Shown here in pieces: positions 46,678 through 54,403 of a stretch of DNA of 54,403 bases. Under the pieces are notes generated by a model. That model did no database searches and was not told the origin of the DNA. It saw only the letters and a list, made by a program, of their open reading frames with translations. Every line of letters starts with the position of its first letter. Within the stretch, counting starts at the first letter, position 1. The DNA comes from a virus (lineage: Duplodnaviria > Caudoviricetes): positions 1 to 54,403 of IMG/VR virus record IMGVR_UViG_3300013122_000005; one strand, written 5' to 3'. The position numbers were made by a program, and so were the translations under genes.

Positions 46678-49416
46678 TTATCGTCCTATTTGTTCCATTG
46701 TTCGTTTTTTTTCTTTTTTAATGTCTACATCTACTTTTTTCATATTATGAATATGATTTAACTGCATTTGAGTTTCTTCATTTTTTAATCCCATAGTATT
46801 AATTAATGTTTCTAATTTTAATTTTATTGCTTCAAACTCATTCTGAACTTTTCTTGCTTCTATATTTTCATCCAATAATCCTTTTTCAGAAGTATCTCTT
46901 GATGTAAGTTCAAACATTTTTAATGCACTTTCTTTTTCTAATTTATCTCTTTCTATAGCATTACGTTCAATCATAATCTGTTGATTAACTTTATTATTCT
47001 CGGATTCTATCTGTTGTGCTAGTTGTTTACTTTCGTATTCTTTTTGTTTCCAAAAACTTTCATATTCTTGACGCATCTTTTCAGCTTTTTCAATTAATTG
47101 TGCTTTTTGTTGTTCTCCTGCACCTGCCATTTGTTGTTGTAATTTCTTTGTTTCATCTGTATAATATTCAACATTCTTTTTAAATTCTATAAGATTATCA
47201 GAATTTACTATTGTATGTACTATACCATCATAAGATATTGTCCCTGACTTTAAACCTATCATTGCAAGTTGTTTCAATTCATCCATTAAAGATTGTTGTT
47301 CTCCATTATTTGCAATAATAACTTCTATCCGTACATCATCAAATGTTCCTTTAGGTATTTTATAAATATTAGAAGATAATTCTTTTCCTATAGTATTTAT
47401 AAAATCTCCCTCTTTAATAGTATATTTTAATGCATAATTTATACATGCTTCAAAAGCTTTTGATTCTATTTCATCATGTTTAAAAAAACGTAGTTCCGTA
47501 ATTAAAGCAGCTTGCTTTAAACTCATCTCATAAGTACCTACTTGATCAGATTGTACTACTTGTCCTTTTCGTGTATATGGAACTCCTATAACATTACCCA
47601 TGGTTTCTTCTGTACTTTTAAGTATTTGATCAAAATATTGTATAGAACTAGAAACTGTTAAATCAAATGCATTCCATTGATTAAATGCACTTCTAATGGG
47701 ATTACCAAGATTATCAGTTGTTTGAATATGTAACATACCTATTTTCCTTTGATATTCCCATTCGGGATCTGTCATTGTTGTTGGTTTAAATGCTTTATCA
47801 TAAAGTATAGTTTTAGGACCAGATAAAGCTAACATAAGATCTCTATAATAATTTATGAGATCATACATATCCTGAAGATTAATAGTATCTTTAATAATAG
47901 AATATGGTTGATCATTTATTGCTGCATGAGTTCTTCCATAAACCGGTAATTGTATATCTGAATGTCTATCAGGATTTCTTAAAATATAATATTTCTTTTG
48001 TATTCCTACAACATATTCTCTATTAATTATTACACCTTGATAAATATCATTGGTATAATAAATACGCATTTGTTCTCCTTTTGTCTTTTTATAAGTATCT
48101 ACTGATTCTTTTGGTAATACTTCTGAGTTGTTTTTTTTATTTATATAATATCCTCCATCTTTATTGGTATAAGTATAATCATCTTCATTAATAACCATCT
48201 TATTACCATCTAAGAACTTTCTAAAATATTCTCCTTGTACATAAGGATTAGGAGAGTATTTTACATATATCTTTCTTGGTACCTTAAACCATATTCTCTG
48301 TCTTGGAATAGCACTATTCTTCATACTTGAACCTGAATATAATTCATCAACAAATATAGCTCCTCCTCCACTTACAGCATACATTTCATTTTTAGAATTT
48401 ATATTTCCAGATTCTGCTAATTTTTGTAATTCACTTGTCCCATATTTTTTAATAAATTCTTCTCCATAATATGTTACTATCTGTTGATATGACAATCCAT
48501 CTTCTATTCCTACCCATGGACCATCCTGTATCCATTCTATTCCATCAATAGAAGGATATGTTACTTTCATTACATTTAATGCTTTAAATATAGGTTTCTT
48601 TGCTCCTTCTTCAAGATTTACATAAAATGCTGTTCTTCCTACTACAACTTCTGATAAAAATGATTTATTAGATTCTATTTGTATTTTTAAACTTTTACGT
48701 AAATCCTTAGCAATATGCATTGCAATATCTTCTTTTATATCTTTTTTAGTATTTTGATTAAATTCTTTTAATTGATTCAATTCTCTTTCTGTAAATCCAA
48801 TCTGTTCATTAAGAATATCTTTCATTGAATCAAATTGAGATTTTAATTGAGGTAAAGCATTTCTTAAAGATTCTTGTTGTTGTACTAATTGTTTATTTAA
48901 AATTTGTACTTGTTGTTGTTGTTCCGGAGACATTCCTTGTTGTACTTGTTGAGGTTGTTGTTGAAGTACTTCAGTAAGTTTTCCAAATTGCATATCTATT
49001 TGTTCTATATTTGCAAGTTCAATATTATGTTTTCGCATAGTAGCTTGCATAATAATATTAGACATTTCCTGTATCTTGAATTGATATTTCTCTTCCATTG
49101 AAGCTCTATCTGCTACTATACAATCATATACAAATGGTCTATATAATTTTTGTGATGTTAATATATCACAATTAGTCCTCTGTAATGGTATATGTCTTAT
49201 TTCTGATGGTAAATGGAAATTACCCATTGTAGTTAAATATTCAAATTTTGCTACTGATGTTTTATTATTATAATACTGCCAACATATAGTATCCTGTGTT
49301 TTATTATTACTATTGTCAGTAATTTGACCATAATATTTTAAATGATCCTCTTTCCATTTATTTGTTTTTTTAAATTCTTCTACTAATAATTCAGGTTCTT
49401 GAATGATGTTTTCCAT
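46678..49416 (-). CDS. Portal protein
   Basis: 912 aa directly after TerL; LQDMYDLINYYRDLMLA, ETMGNVIGVPYTRKGQ and a long C-terminal coiled-coil barrel. Confidence 0.88.
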   Translation of the reverse strand: MENIIQEPELLVEEFKKTNKWKEDHLKYYGQITDNSNNKTQDTICWQYYNNKTSVAKFEYLTTMGNFHLPSEIRHIPLQRTNCDILTSQKLYRPFVYDCIVADRASMEEKYQFKIQEMSNIIMQATMRKHNIELANIEQIDMQFGKLTEVLQQQPQQVQQGMSPEQQQQVQILNKQLVQQQESLRNALPQLKSQFDSMKDILNEQIGFTERELNQLKEFNQNTKKDIKEDIAMHIAKDLRKSLKIQIESNKSFLSEVVVGRTAFYVNLEEGAKKPIFKALNVMKVTYPSIDGIEWIQDGPWVGIEDGLSYQQIVTYYGEEFIKKYGTSELQKLAESGNINSKNEMYAVSGGGAIFVDELYSGSSMKNSAIPRQRIWFKVPRKIYVKYSPNPYVQGEYFRKFLDGNKMVINEDDYTYTNKDGGYYINKKNNSEVLPKESVDTYKKTKGEQMRIYYTNDIYQGVIINREYVVGIQKKYYILRNPDRHSDIQLPVYGRTHAAINDQPYSIIKDTINLQDMYDLINYYRDLMLALSGPKTILYDKAFKPTTMTDPEWEYQRKIGMLHIQTTDNLGNPIRSAFNQWNAFDLTVSSSIQYFDQILKSTEETMGNVIGVPYTRKGQVVQSDQVGTYEMSLKQAALITELRFFKHDEIESKAFEACINYALKYTIKEGDFINTIGKELSSNIYKIPKGTFDDVRIEVIIANNGEQQSLMDELKQLAMIGLKSGTISYDGIVHTIVNSDNLIEFKKNVEYYTDETKKLQQQMAGAGEQQKAQLIEKAEKMRQEYESFWKQKEYESKQLAQQIESENNKVNQQIMIERNAIERDKLEKESALKMFELTSRDTSEKGLLDENIEARKVQNEFEAIKLKLETLINTMGLKNEETQMQLNHIHNMKKVDVDIKKEKKRTMEQIGR

Positions 49417-49435
49417 TGGATATCATTTATTAAAT

Positions 49436-51517
49436 TTATATAAATTGAGGTATCATATGACCATTTAGTCCTTTTACATATACCAAACTCTTTTGTCTTT
49501 TACTATTTATTTCGTCTTTCTTTATTACTATATAATGTTCTCCTTCCTTTGCCGATACTTCACATAGTGATGTTGCAATAGTTATATCACAATTATATTT
49601 CTTTCCGGAAGGATCATATTTATACTTTATCCATGCATCAATAATTTCAGGAAAATATTGTCGATTAATATAATCCTCTGTCATCCTATCTCGTTGTATC
49701 GCTAAAATATGAGGTTTTAAACTTTTATCTGTACCATAAGGATTAGATACATTGCTTTCTTTTATCTTACCTGCAAATGCTAATTTTGGTCTTTGTTTTA
49801 ATAAATGTGTTAAACCATTATTTTTATACCAATCAAAAATACGTAAATTTGAATACTCAATATTATTTTGACAACCATAATATATACATGTCATAGCTGT
49901 ATGTTCATAAAATAATTCAGCACCTCCTTCTGCTACAGTTGGTCTCTCAAGTATTAATGCTACGAATGTATTATAAATTGCATGATGTGGAACAAATCCT
50001 TTACGTATTGCCTGACAACCTTTTGAATCTGATGTATGAGCTTCATCTTGATCATATGAATCACAAGCTCCTTCATATAAATTAGCATATAATAATTCTT
50101 GAATGCCTTGTTCTCCTTTTTCTGTATTCATGCATGGATGTTCTATAATCTTTAACCATCCATACTGATCAGGAACCCATTTTACTCCTTTAGATTTATT
50201 ATTTTTATCTTTCCATTCCAATCTACCAATCTGAATAATATTTTCATGTGGATGTGAACGCATATAATTTTTACGTGCATTAAGTAGAAGTGCTGCTTCT
50301 TTTCCAAAATAACCTCCTGTTTCAATCATAAATACATTATGATCAAATATTGCATATTGTGTTATTAATCTATATCTCTTTTTTGCATCATTCTGTGCTT
50401 CAATTTCTTTATTAATCCATTCAATAGATTCTTGTTTTAATGAATTACCATCTTTATCAATTTTAACAAATAACCATTTGGGAGTAAAATGTCCTACTCT
50501 TAATTCAGACTGTTTAATTTCTGAAAATATTTCCGGAAATGATAGAATATTATGTTTATCAGGATTATAATGTCTTTCTTCTAAATCAAGTGCTCCTGCT
50601 AACATGTCACCACCAGTTCCTAAATAGAATTGATAACCTGTTTTTATACCTTCTGCTGATTGAGATGGTTTAATAAAATCTGATACTGCTAATGACCAAC
50701 CAGCCTTTCCTTTTCCTACTTCTTCATGTACTACCCAAAATGGTGAATATCTACTTACTGATTGAGGTTTATCTTTTGCAGTCATAGATCTAATTTCTGA
50801 TAATGTATTTTCAGATTGAAGATATGAACTACTATTTCCACCAGGAGGTCTATGAAGATAGAATTGAGTATTTATAAGATAATCTAATCCTCTCTCACAA
50901 TTTTCCATAGTATGATCAGCATCAGATTGTTCTCCTCCTACTACTATATTTACACTATTAGGAATAAATGTATAATTCCATGCTAATTGCCCACCTGCTA
51001 CCTTTTCTGAATATCCTTGTTGTCTTGCTTTTAAATCCTGTCCATCTTTCTTTTGTTTAAACATCATTTCTATTCTTTGAAAAAAGAAATAATCCATATC
51101 AAGAAACTTGGGTTTCATTAATCCTTTTATTTCTTGTCCTGGTAATAAACCATATATAGGCCAGAAGTTAAGATAGAAATACATTCTACCTGAAATATGT
51201 ACTGCGCGATTCTTAAATATAGTATCATATATTGGAACACTACAATTATCTTCATACCAAAAACAATCTTCTCCATCTACATATGAACTACCACCTTTAT
51301 CTATAGCATTTTCAACTGTATATCCATTAATACATCTATCATATTGTTTTCTCCACCAATCTCTATCAATCTTTATATTATTTTTTTTTATAAATTCTTT
51401 TCTTAAATCTTTATTTTTAGGTATCATAGTAGGATTAATATGAAATAGATCATATTTCCATGGTAAATCCTTACCTAATGCTACTAGACTAAATCTATGA
51501 GTATCTTTAAATATCAT
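49436..51517 (-). CDS. terL: Terminase large subunit
   Basis: ISGRMYFYLNF; Walker A-like LKARQQGYSE; Walker B VVHEEVG; GTGG; RNase H-like nuclease GACDSYD...IEYSN...NCDITIA. Confidence 0.93.
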   Translation of the reverse strand: MIFKDTHRFSLVALGKDLPWKYDLFHINPTMIPKNKDLRKEFIKKNNIKIDRDWWRKQYDRCINGYTVENAIDKGGSSYVDGEDCFWYEDNCSVPIYDTIFKNRAVHISGRMYFYLNFWPIYGLLPGQEIKGLMKPKFLDMDYFFFQRIEMMFKQKKDGQDLKARQQGYSEKVAGGQLAWNYTFIPNSVNIVVGGEQSDADHTMENCERGLDYLINTQFYLHRPPGGNSSSYLQSENTLSEIRSMTAKDKPQSVSRYSPFWVVHEEVGKGKAGWSLAVSDFIKPSQSAEGIKTGYQFYLGTGGDMLAGALDLEERHYNPDKHNILSFPEIFSEIKQSELRVGHFTPKWLFVKIDKDGNSLKQESIEWINKEIEAQNDAKKRYRLITQYAIFDHNVFMIETGGYFGKEAALLLNARKNYMRSHPHENIIQIGRLEWKDKNNKSKGVKWVPDQYGWLKIIEHPCMNTEKGEQGIQELLYANLYEGACDSYDQDEAHTSDSKGCQAIRKGFVPHHAIYNTFVALILERPTVAEGGAELFYEHTAMTCIYYGCQNNIEYSNLRIFDWYKNNGLTHLLKQRPKLAFAGKIKESNVSNPYGTDKSLKPHILAIQRDRMTEDYINRQYFPEIIDAWIKYKYDPSGKKYNCDITIATSLCEVSAKEGEHYIVIKKDEINSKRQKSLVYVKGLNGHMIPQFI

Positions 51518-52179
51518 TATATAATTGTCGTATTAAATGAATCTAATTCTAACATGGTCTTATTTGATATTTCAATATCTTGTTTTTCATGTTGAAGTTT
51601 AATTTTAATTTTTTCTTCAAAATCAAGTAACTGATCCCACGTCTTTAATGATTCTGTGTATTCTTTAATATTATCTATTTCTATTTCAGTAGTAATAAAA
51701 AATTCTTTTTCTATCAAAGTATCATTTTCTCCTGCTGCCACCATGCAAGTTACTCTTTGATCTTTTATTTGTTGATATTTCTTCAAAGGTATAGTCCCTA
51801 TATGTTCTATGACTTCTTCTATTTTTTTTAATATTGTTCGATATGATTTAGATGATACTGTATCTTGTGAAATTAAATAATCATTGATAACCGCTAATAC
51901 TTTTTTATTCTTTTCAAATCCATTTATATCAATTCTTGCATCATCACTAAAATACATTTCTGCTACTCTTGTTTTTCTTTCATTCGGTAATGTATTCTTT
52001 AATACAGGATGTTCATTATAATAAGTATGATAAATATATTTAAGACATCTTTTAAAGAATGGTTTTTCTATTTCTCCTGGTCTTTTATCTGAAGCATAAA
52101 GTTCTTTTACTGATAAAAGTGCCATTGCCTCTGGTCTTATTTTTACTTCTTCTGAATCTTTATCTATATATAAAAACAT
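51517..52179 (-). CDS. Conserved protein translationally coupled to TerL, terminase small subunit candidate
   Basis: Helical 220-aa protein whose TAA overlaps the TerL ATG (TAATG). TerS role is inferred from position only. Confidence 0.5.
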   Translation of the reverse strand: MFLYIDKDSEEVKIRPEAMALLSVKELYASDKRPGEIEKPFFKRCLKYIYHTYYNEHPVLKNTLPNERKTRVAEMYFSDDARIDINGFEKNKKVLAVINDYLISQDTVSSKSYRTILKKIEEVIEHIGTIPLKKYQQIKDQRVTCMVAAGENDTLIEKEFFITTEIEIDNIKEYTESLKTWDQLLDFEEKIKIKLQHEKQDIEISNKTMLELDSFNTTII

Positions 52180-52257
52180 ATTATAAACTTTTTATTACTA
52201 AATATATTAATATTATAATTATACAAACCAATATTATTGATACTAAATATGGTTTTT

Positions 52258-52692
52258 TCATTTATACAAATCAATAATATCTTGTGGTATTCTTGAATTA
52301 CCGGCTGTTAATCCTTTTCTTTCTTCATAATGCAAATGTTGTCCTGTACTTTTACCTGTACTTCCCATAATACCTATAAACGATCCTTCGTCTATTAAAT
52401 CTCCTAATTTAAAATCATCACAAACAAAAGCAAGATGTGGATATATTGCATACCAATTATCTTCCATCTTAACATAAACAACTTTTCCAAAACCTCCACC
52501 GGTTAAAGGATTATAATTAATATGTGCTATTTTACCTTTCTTAGTACAGTAAATAGGAATACAATTAGGATTCCCAATAACTGCTATATCTATACCAGGA
52601 TGAAATTCTAACTGTCTTGTGAATGGATTTTGTCTTTGTCCATAACCACTTGTTATTACAGTTTTACTATTTTTAACAGGTTTTGTTGCCAT
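52258..52692 (-). CDS. M23-family peptidoglycan endopeptidase (endolysin candidate)
   Basis: ITSGYGQR, HPGID (HxxxD), GGFGKVV, YPHL, GSTGKSTGQHLHYE (HxH). Confidence 0.92.
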   Translation of the reverse strand: MATKPVKNSKTVITSGYGQRQNPFTRQLEFHPGIDIAVIGNPNCIPIYCTKKGKIAHINYNPLTGGGFGKVVYVKMEDNWYAIYPHLAFVCDDFKLGDLIDEGSFIGIMGSTGKSTGQHLHYEERKGLTAGNSRIPQDIIDLYK

Positions 52693-52693
52693 A

Positions 52694-53755
52694 TTATTTA
52701 TTTCTTAAAAATGAATTTGGATTTTTATTCGTAAGATAATCCCATAGTTCTTCTCCTAAATATACTCTAAATTCCATTGACCATTGTTTGGTATTACATT
52801 CTGCTTCACTCATATAATAATCATCTCCAAAAAGTACCTTATTTCTTATTTGAGGATAAGTTATCATAAGTAATTTAAACGCTGGCCATAGTTCTTTATT
52901 TGACATTGTATAAGATATATCAGTATAGAAGTTAGGATATTCTATAAGCATTTTAGTAATTATATTCTTCCAGTTATTTTTATCTCCGGGATTATTCAAA
53001 TCTCTTTCCCATTCTCCCATGGAACCATAATGTGCTATACATATTCTTAATGTTGGGTATTTTTCTAAAATCTTTTTATAATTTAAAGGATGGGTAAAAT
53101 ATGCACATAATTCAGAATCTTTTTTTGTCCAATCAATAGGAAGAATACCTCCTTTTAATAATTCTACAAGTTCTTTATGAGAACCTTTAAAATGTACAGG
53201 ATTTAACGGACTACCATGTGTTATAATAGGTAAATTGCCTGATTGACAATATTGATATATAGTATCTAATCTCTCATCAAAAGGATATATTCCTAATGGA
53301 GGATATAGTTTTACTCCTTTAAACCCTTTAGAAATAATAAATAATTTAAACAATTCATTATATTCATTTCTTCTAGGATCAATATGAATAAAAGGTATTA
53401 TCTTTTTGTTAGATATTGTTAATTCATACAATTCATTTAACTGATAATAATATTCGCGTTCTACTTTTCCTGCTCCCATAAAAGCCATATCCATTGATAA
53501 AATAACAAAATTTGTATTATCAGGATACCATTTAGAATTTTCTTCTATGATACTTTTTTGAGAACCTAACTTTGATATTTTAATAACTTTAACCAATCTA
53601 TCAAATTTATCTTTTGTAGAGAAAGGATTTAATTCAGATAATAACCTTGAAAAAAGAAAATATCCTACTTTCGTCTTTAAAACTTTAGTCATAAATCCAA
53701 ATATATTATTTGGAACATCTTCTATCTTAAATGAATGTAAATGTGTATTTATCAT
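52694..53755 (-). CDS. Amidohydrolase-superfamily (TIM-barrel, amidohydrolase_2-like) metallohydrolase
   Basis: INTHLH, PFIHIDPRR, FKGVKLYPPLG, ITHG, IAHYG, YTDISY, LFGDDY. Confidence 0.88.
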   Translation of the reverse strand: MINTHLHSFKIEDVPNNIFGFMTKVLKTKVGYFLFSRLLSELNPFSTKDKFDRLVKVIKISKLGSQKSIIEENSKWYPDNTNFVILSMDMAFMGAGKVEREYYYQLNELYELTISNKKIIPFIHIDPRRNEYNELFKLFIISKGFKGVKLYPPLGIYPFDERLDTIYQYCQSGNLPIITHGSPLNPVHFKGSHKELVELLKGGILPIDWTKKDSELCAYFTHPLNYKKILEKYPTLRICIAHYGSMGEWERDLNNPGDKNNWKNIITKMLIEYPNFYTDISYTMSNKELWPAFKLLMITYPQIRNKVLFGDDYYMSEAECNTKQWSMEFRVYLGEELWDYLTNKNPNSFLRNK

Positions 53756-53766
53756 AGTTTTTATAT

Positions 53767-54048
53767 TTATTGATTTCTTTTCCCCATTTGATAATTATAA
53801 GGATTTATTCCATGAGAAATTAAAGCATTTTTAAAACAATTATGGTCTGCAGCATTATTTAACTTTTCTTCTTTAATCTCTTTCTCATTATTATCTATTC
53901 GTATAGAATAAGTTATAATTACATACTCCATCTGAATAATAAAACCAATAAAACCAATAATTATAGTTATTACTTTCCATAATTGACTTGGGTTTAATAC
54001 TAATTGAAAAGCATCTTCTTTTTCCCCATGTTTCTTTAATAGTACCAT
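53767..54048 (-). CDS. Single-pass membrane protein, holin/antiholin candidate
   Basis: VITIIIGFIGFIIQMEYVIITY hydrophobic segment followed by a coiled coil; upstream of the M23 peptidase. Confidence 0.5.
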   Translation of the reverse strand: MVLLKKHGEKEDAFQLVLNPSQLWKVITIIIGFIGFIIQMEYVIITYSIRIDNNEKEIKEEKLNNAADHNCFKNALISHGINPYNYQMGKRNQ

Positions 54049-54084
54049 TTTATTTTAATTTTAATTATTATTAATTATTTTATT

Positions 54085-54402
54085 TTACCATGAAGATAAT
54101 AAACGCCAAACTCCTTCAGCATATACTTTAAAAGTATTATCAAAAGTATTGATTTGAAATAATCCTTCTGCTCCTGTTCCATCTCCAGTTGTTGTCTTTG
54201 TTACAACCGTTCCTATGGTTTCTCTTTGTGTTCCTGTACGTGTAACATAAAATGAAGTTCCATCATATTCCATTGCTCCTGCTTCTGCTGTAGTCATAGA
54301 AGTTCCTGCTGTAAATTTCAATGGTGCAGTATTAGCTGTGGCTGTTCCTGCGGGTAGATGAAGTCTTGCTGTTGGTGCTATCGTTGATATACCGACATTA
54401 CC
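54085..54402 (-). CDS. C-terminal part of a tail fibre/structural protein, 5' end beyond the window
   Basis: The frame is open to the window edge: GNVGISTIAPTARLHLPAGTATANTAPLKFTAGT...AGAMEYDGT. The GNVGIxTxxPxAxLH repeat is typical of fibres. The TTG at 54321 is not the real start. Confidence 0.75.
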   Translation of the reverse strand, partial: GNVGISTIAPTARLHLPAGTATANTAPLKFTAGTSMTTAEAGAMEYDGTSFYVTRTGTQRETIGTVVTKTTTGDGTGAEGLFQINTFDNTFKVYAEGVWRLLSSW

Positions 54403-54403
54403 T

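Larger units (their letters stand above)
1..54403. mobile_element. crAss-like (Crassvirales-type) bacteriophage genome segment: packaging, head, tail, cargo/virion RNAP and lysis modules
   Basis: Gene order TerL-portal-scaffold-MCP-rings/auxiliary capsid-IHF-ring-muzzle-cargo-giant RNAP, and sizes (TerL 693, portal 912, MCP 494, muzzle 1419 aa), match the established crAss-like structural module. Two-barrel RNAP motifs are present. No host housekeeping genes are seen. Confidence 0.92.

Noticed and set aside
12288-51517. Inteins or group I introns in RNAP, MCP, portal or TerL
   Set aside because: The genes are uninterrupted, TerL/MCP/portal have expected sizes, and no convincing Hint or LAGLIDADG motifs were seen by eye. 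A profile search would be needed to exclude them fully.
52225-52257. Possible terminator after the M23 gene (AAACCA...TGGTTT)
   Set aside because: The stem is AT-rich, bulged and has only two G-C pairs, too weak to call.
4198-52277. About 25 short plus-strand ORFs (61-133 aa) in the ORF track
   Set aside because: They lie wholly or mostly antisense to long minus-strand genes, are Ile/Leu/Phe/Ser-rich as expected for reverse complements of AT-rich codons, and have no motifs. They are shadow ORFs.
54049-54084. Pure A/T intergenic run with TTAATT repeats
   Set aside because: Expected low-complexity leader in an AT-rich genome using A-rich translation initiation; no specific structure.
1218-54403. 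Stop-codon reassignment (TAG or TGA), known in some crAss-like clades
   Set aside because: The standard code already gives near-complete coding density with ORFs up to 15.9 kb, and TAG/TGA end genes at sensible positions (1218, 52258).
1-54403. tRNA, rRNA or structured ncRNA genes; integrase or att sites
   Set aside because: Intergenic gaps are mostly under 80 nt and nearly pure AT, with no cloverleaf and no recombinase gene seen.

Overview
A very AT-rich (roughly 25-28% GC by eye), gene-dense segment of a crAss-like (Crassvirales-type) podophage genome, most likely infecting a Bacteroidota host. Host evidence: A-rich leaders without Shine-Dalgarno, a TAnnTTTG promoter box and a Q-rule signal peptide. 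Almost the whole window (1218-54403) is one minus-strand late/virion block. Read right to left: tail-fibre C-terminus, holin-like gene, amidohydrolase, M23 peptidase, TerS-like gene, large terminase, portal, scaffold-like gene, major capsid, ring, auxiliary capsid and IHF-like genes, muzzle, ejected cargo proteins, a 5301-aa giant, a 2695-aa giant, putative tail hubs and a fibre. Two plus-strand genes and a broken zincin gene converge on it at the left end. The most notable content is the pair of giant cargo proteins. The 5301-aa ORF joins an SF1 helicase, a degenerate RecB-like nuclease fold, a zincin protease and a two-barrel virion RNA polymerase (DYDAD) in one chain. The 2695-aa ORF is built from nested zincin, ADP-ribosyltransferase-like and EIQSD modules, one block of which is bounded by a 34-bp direct repeat. 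All family assignments come from motifs and gene order read by eye; no searches were run.
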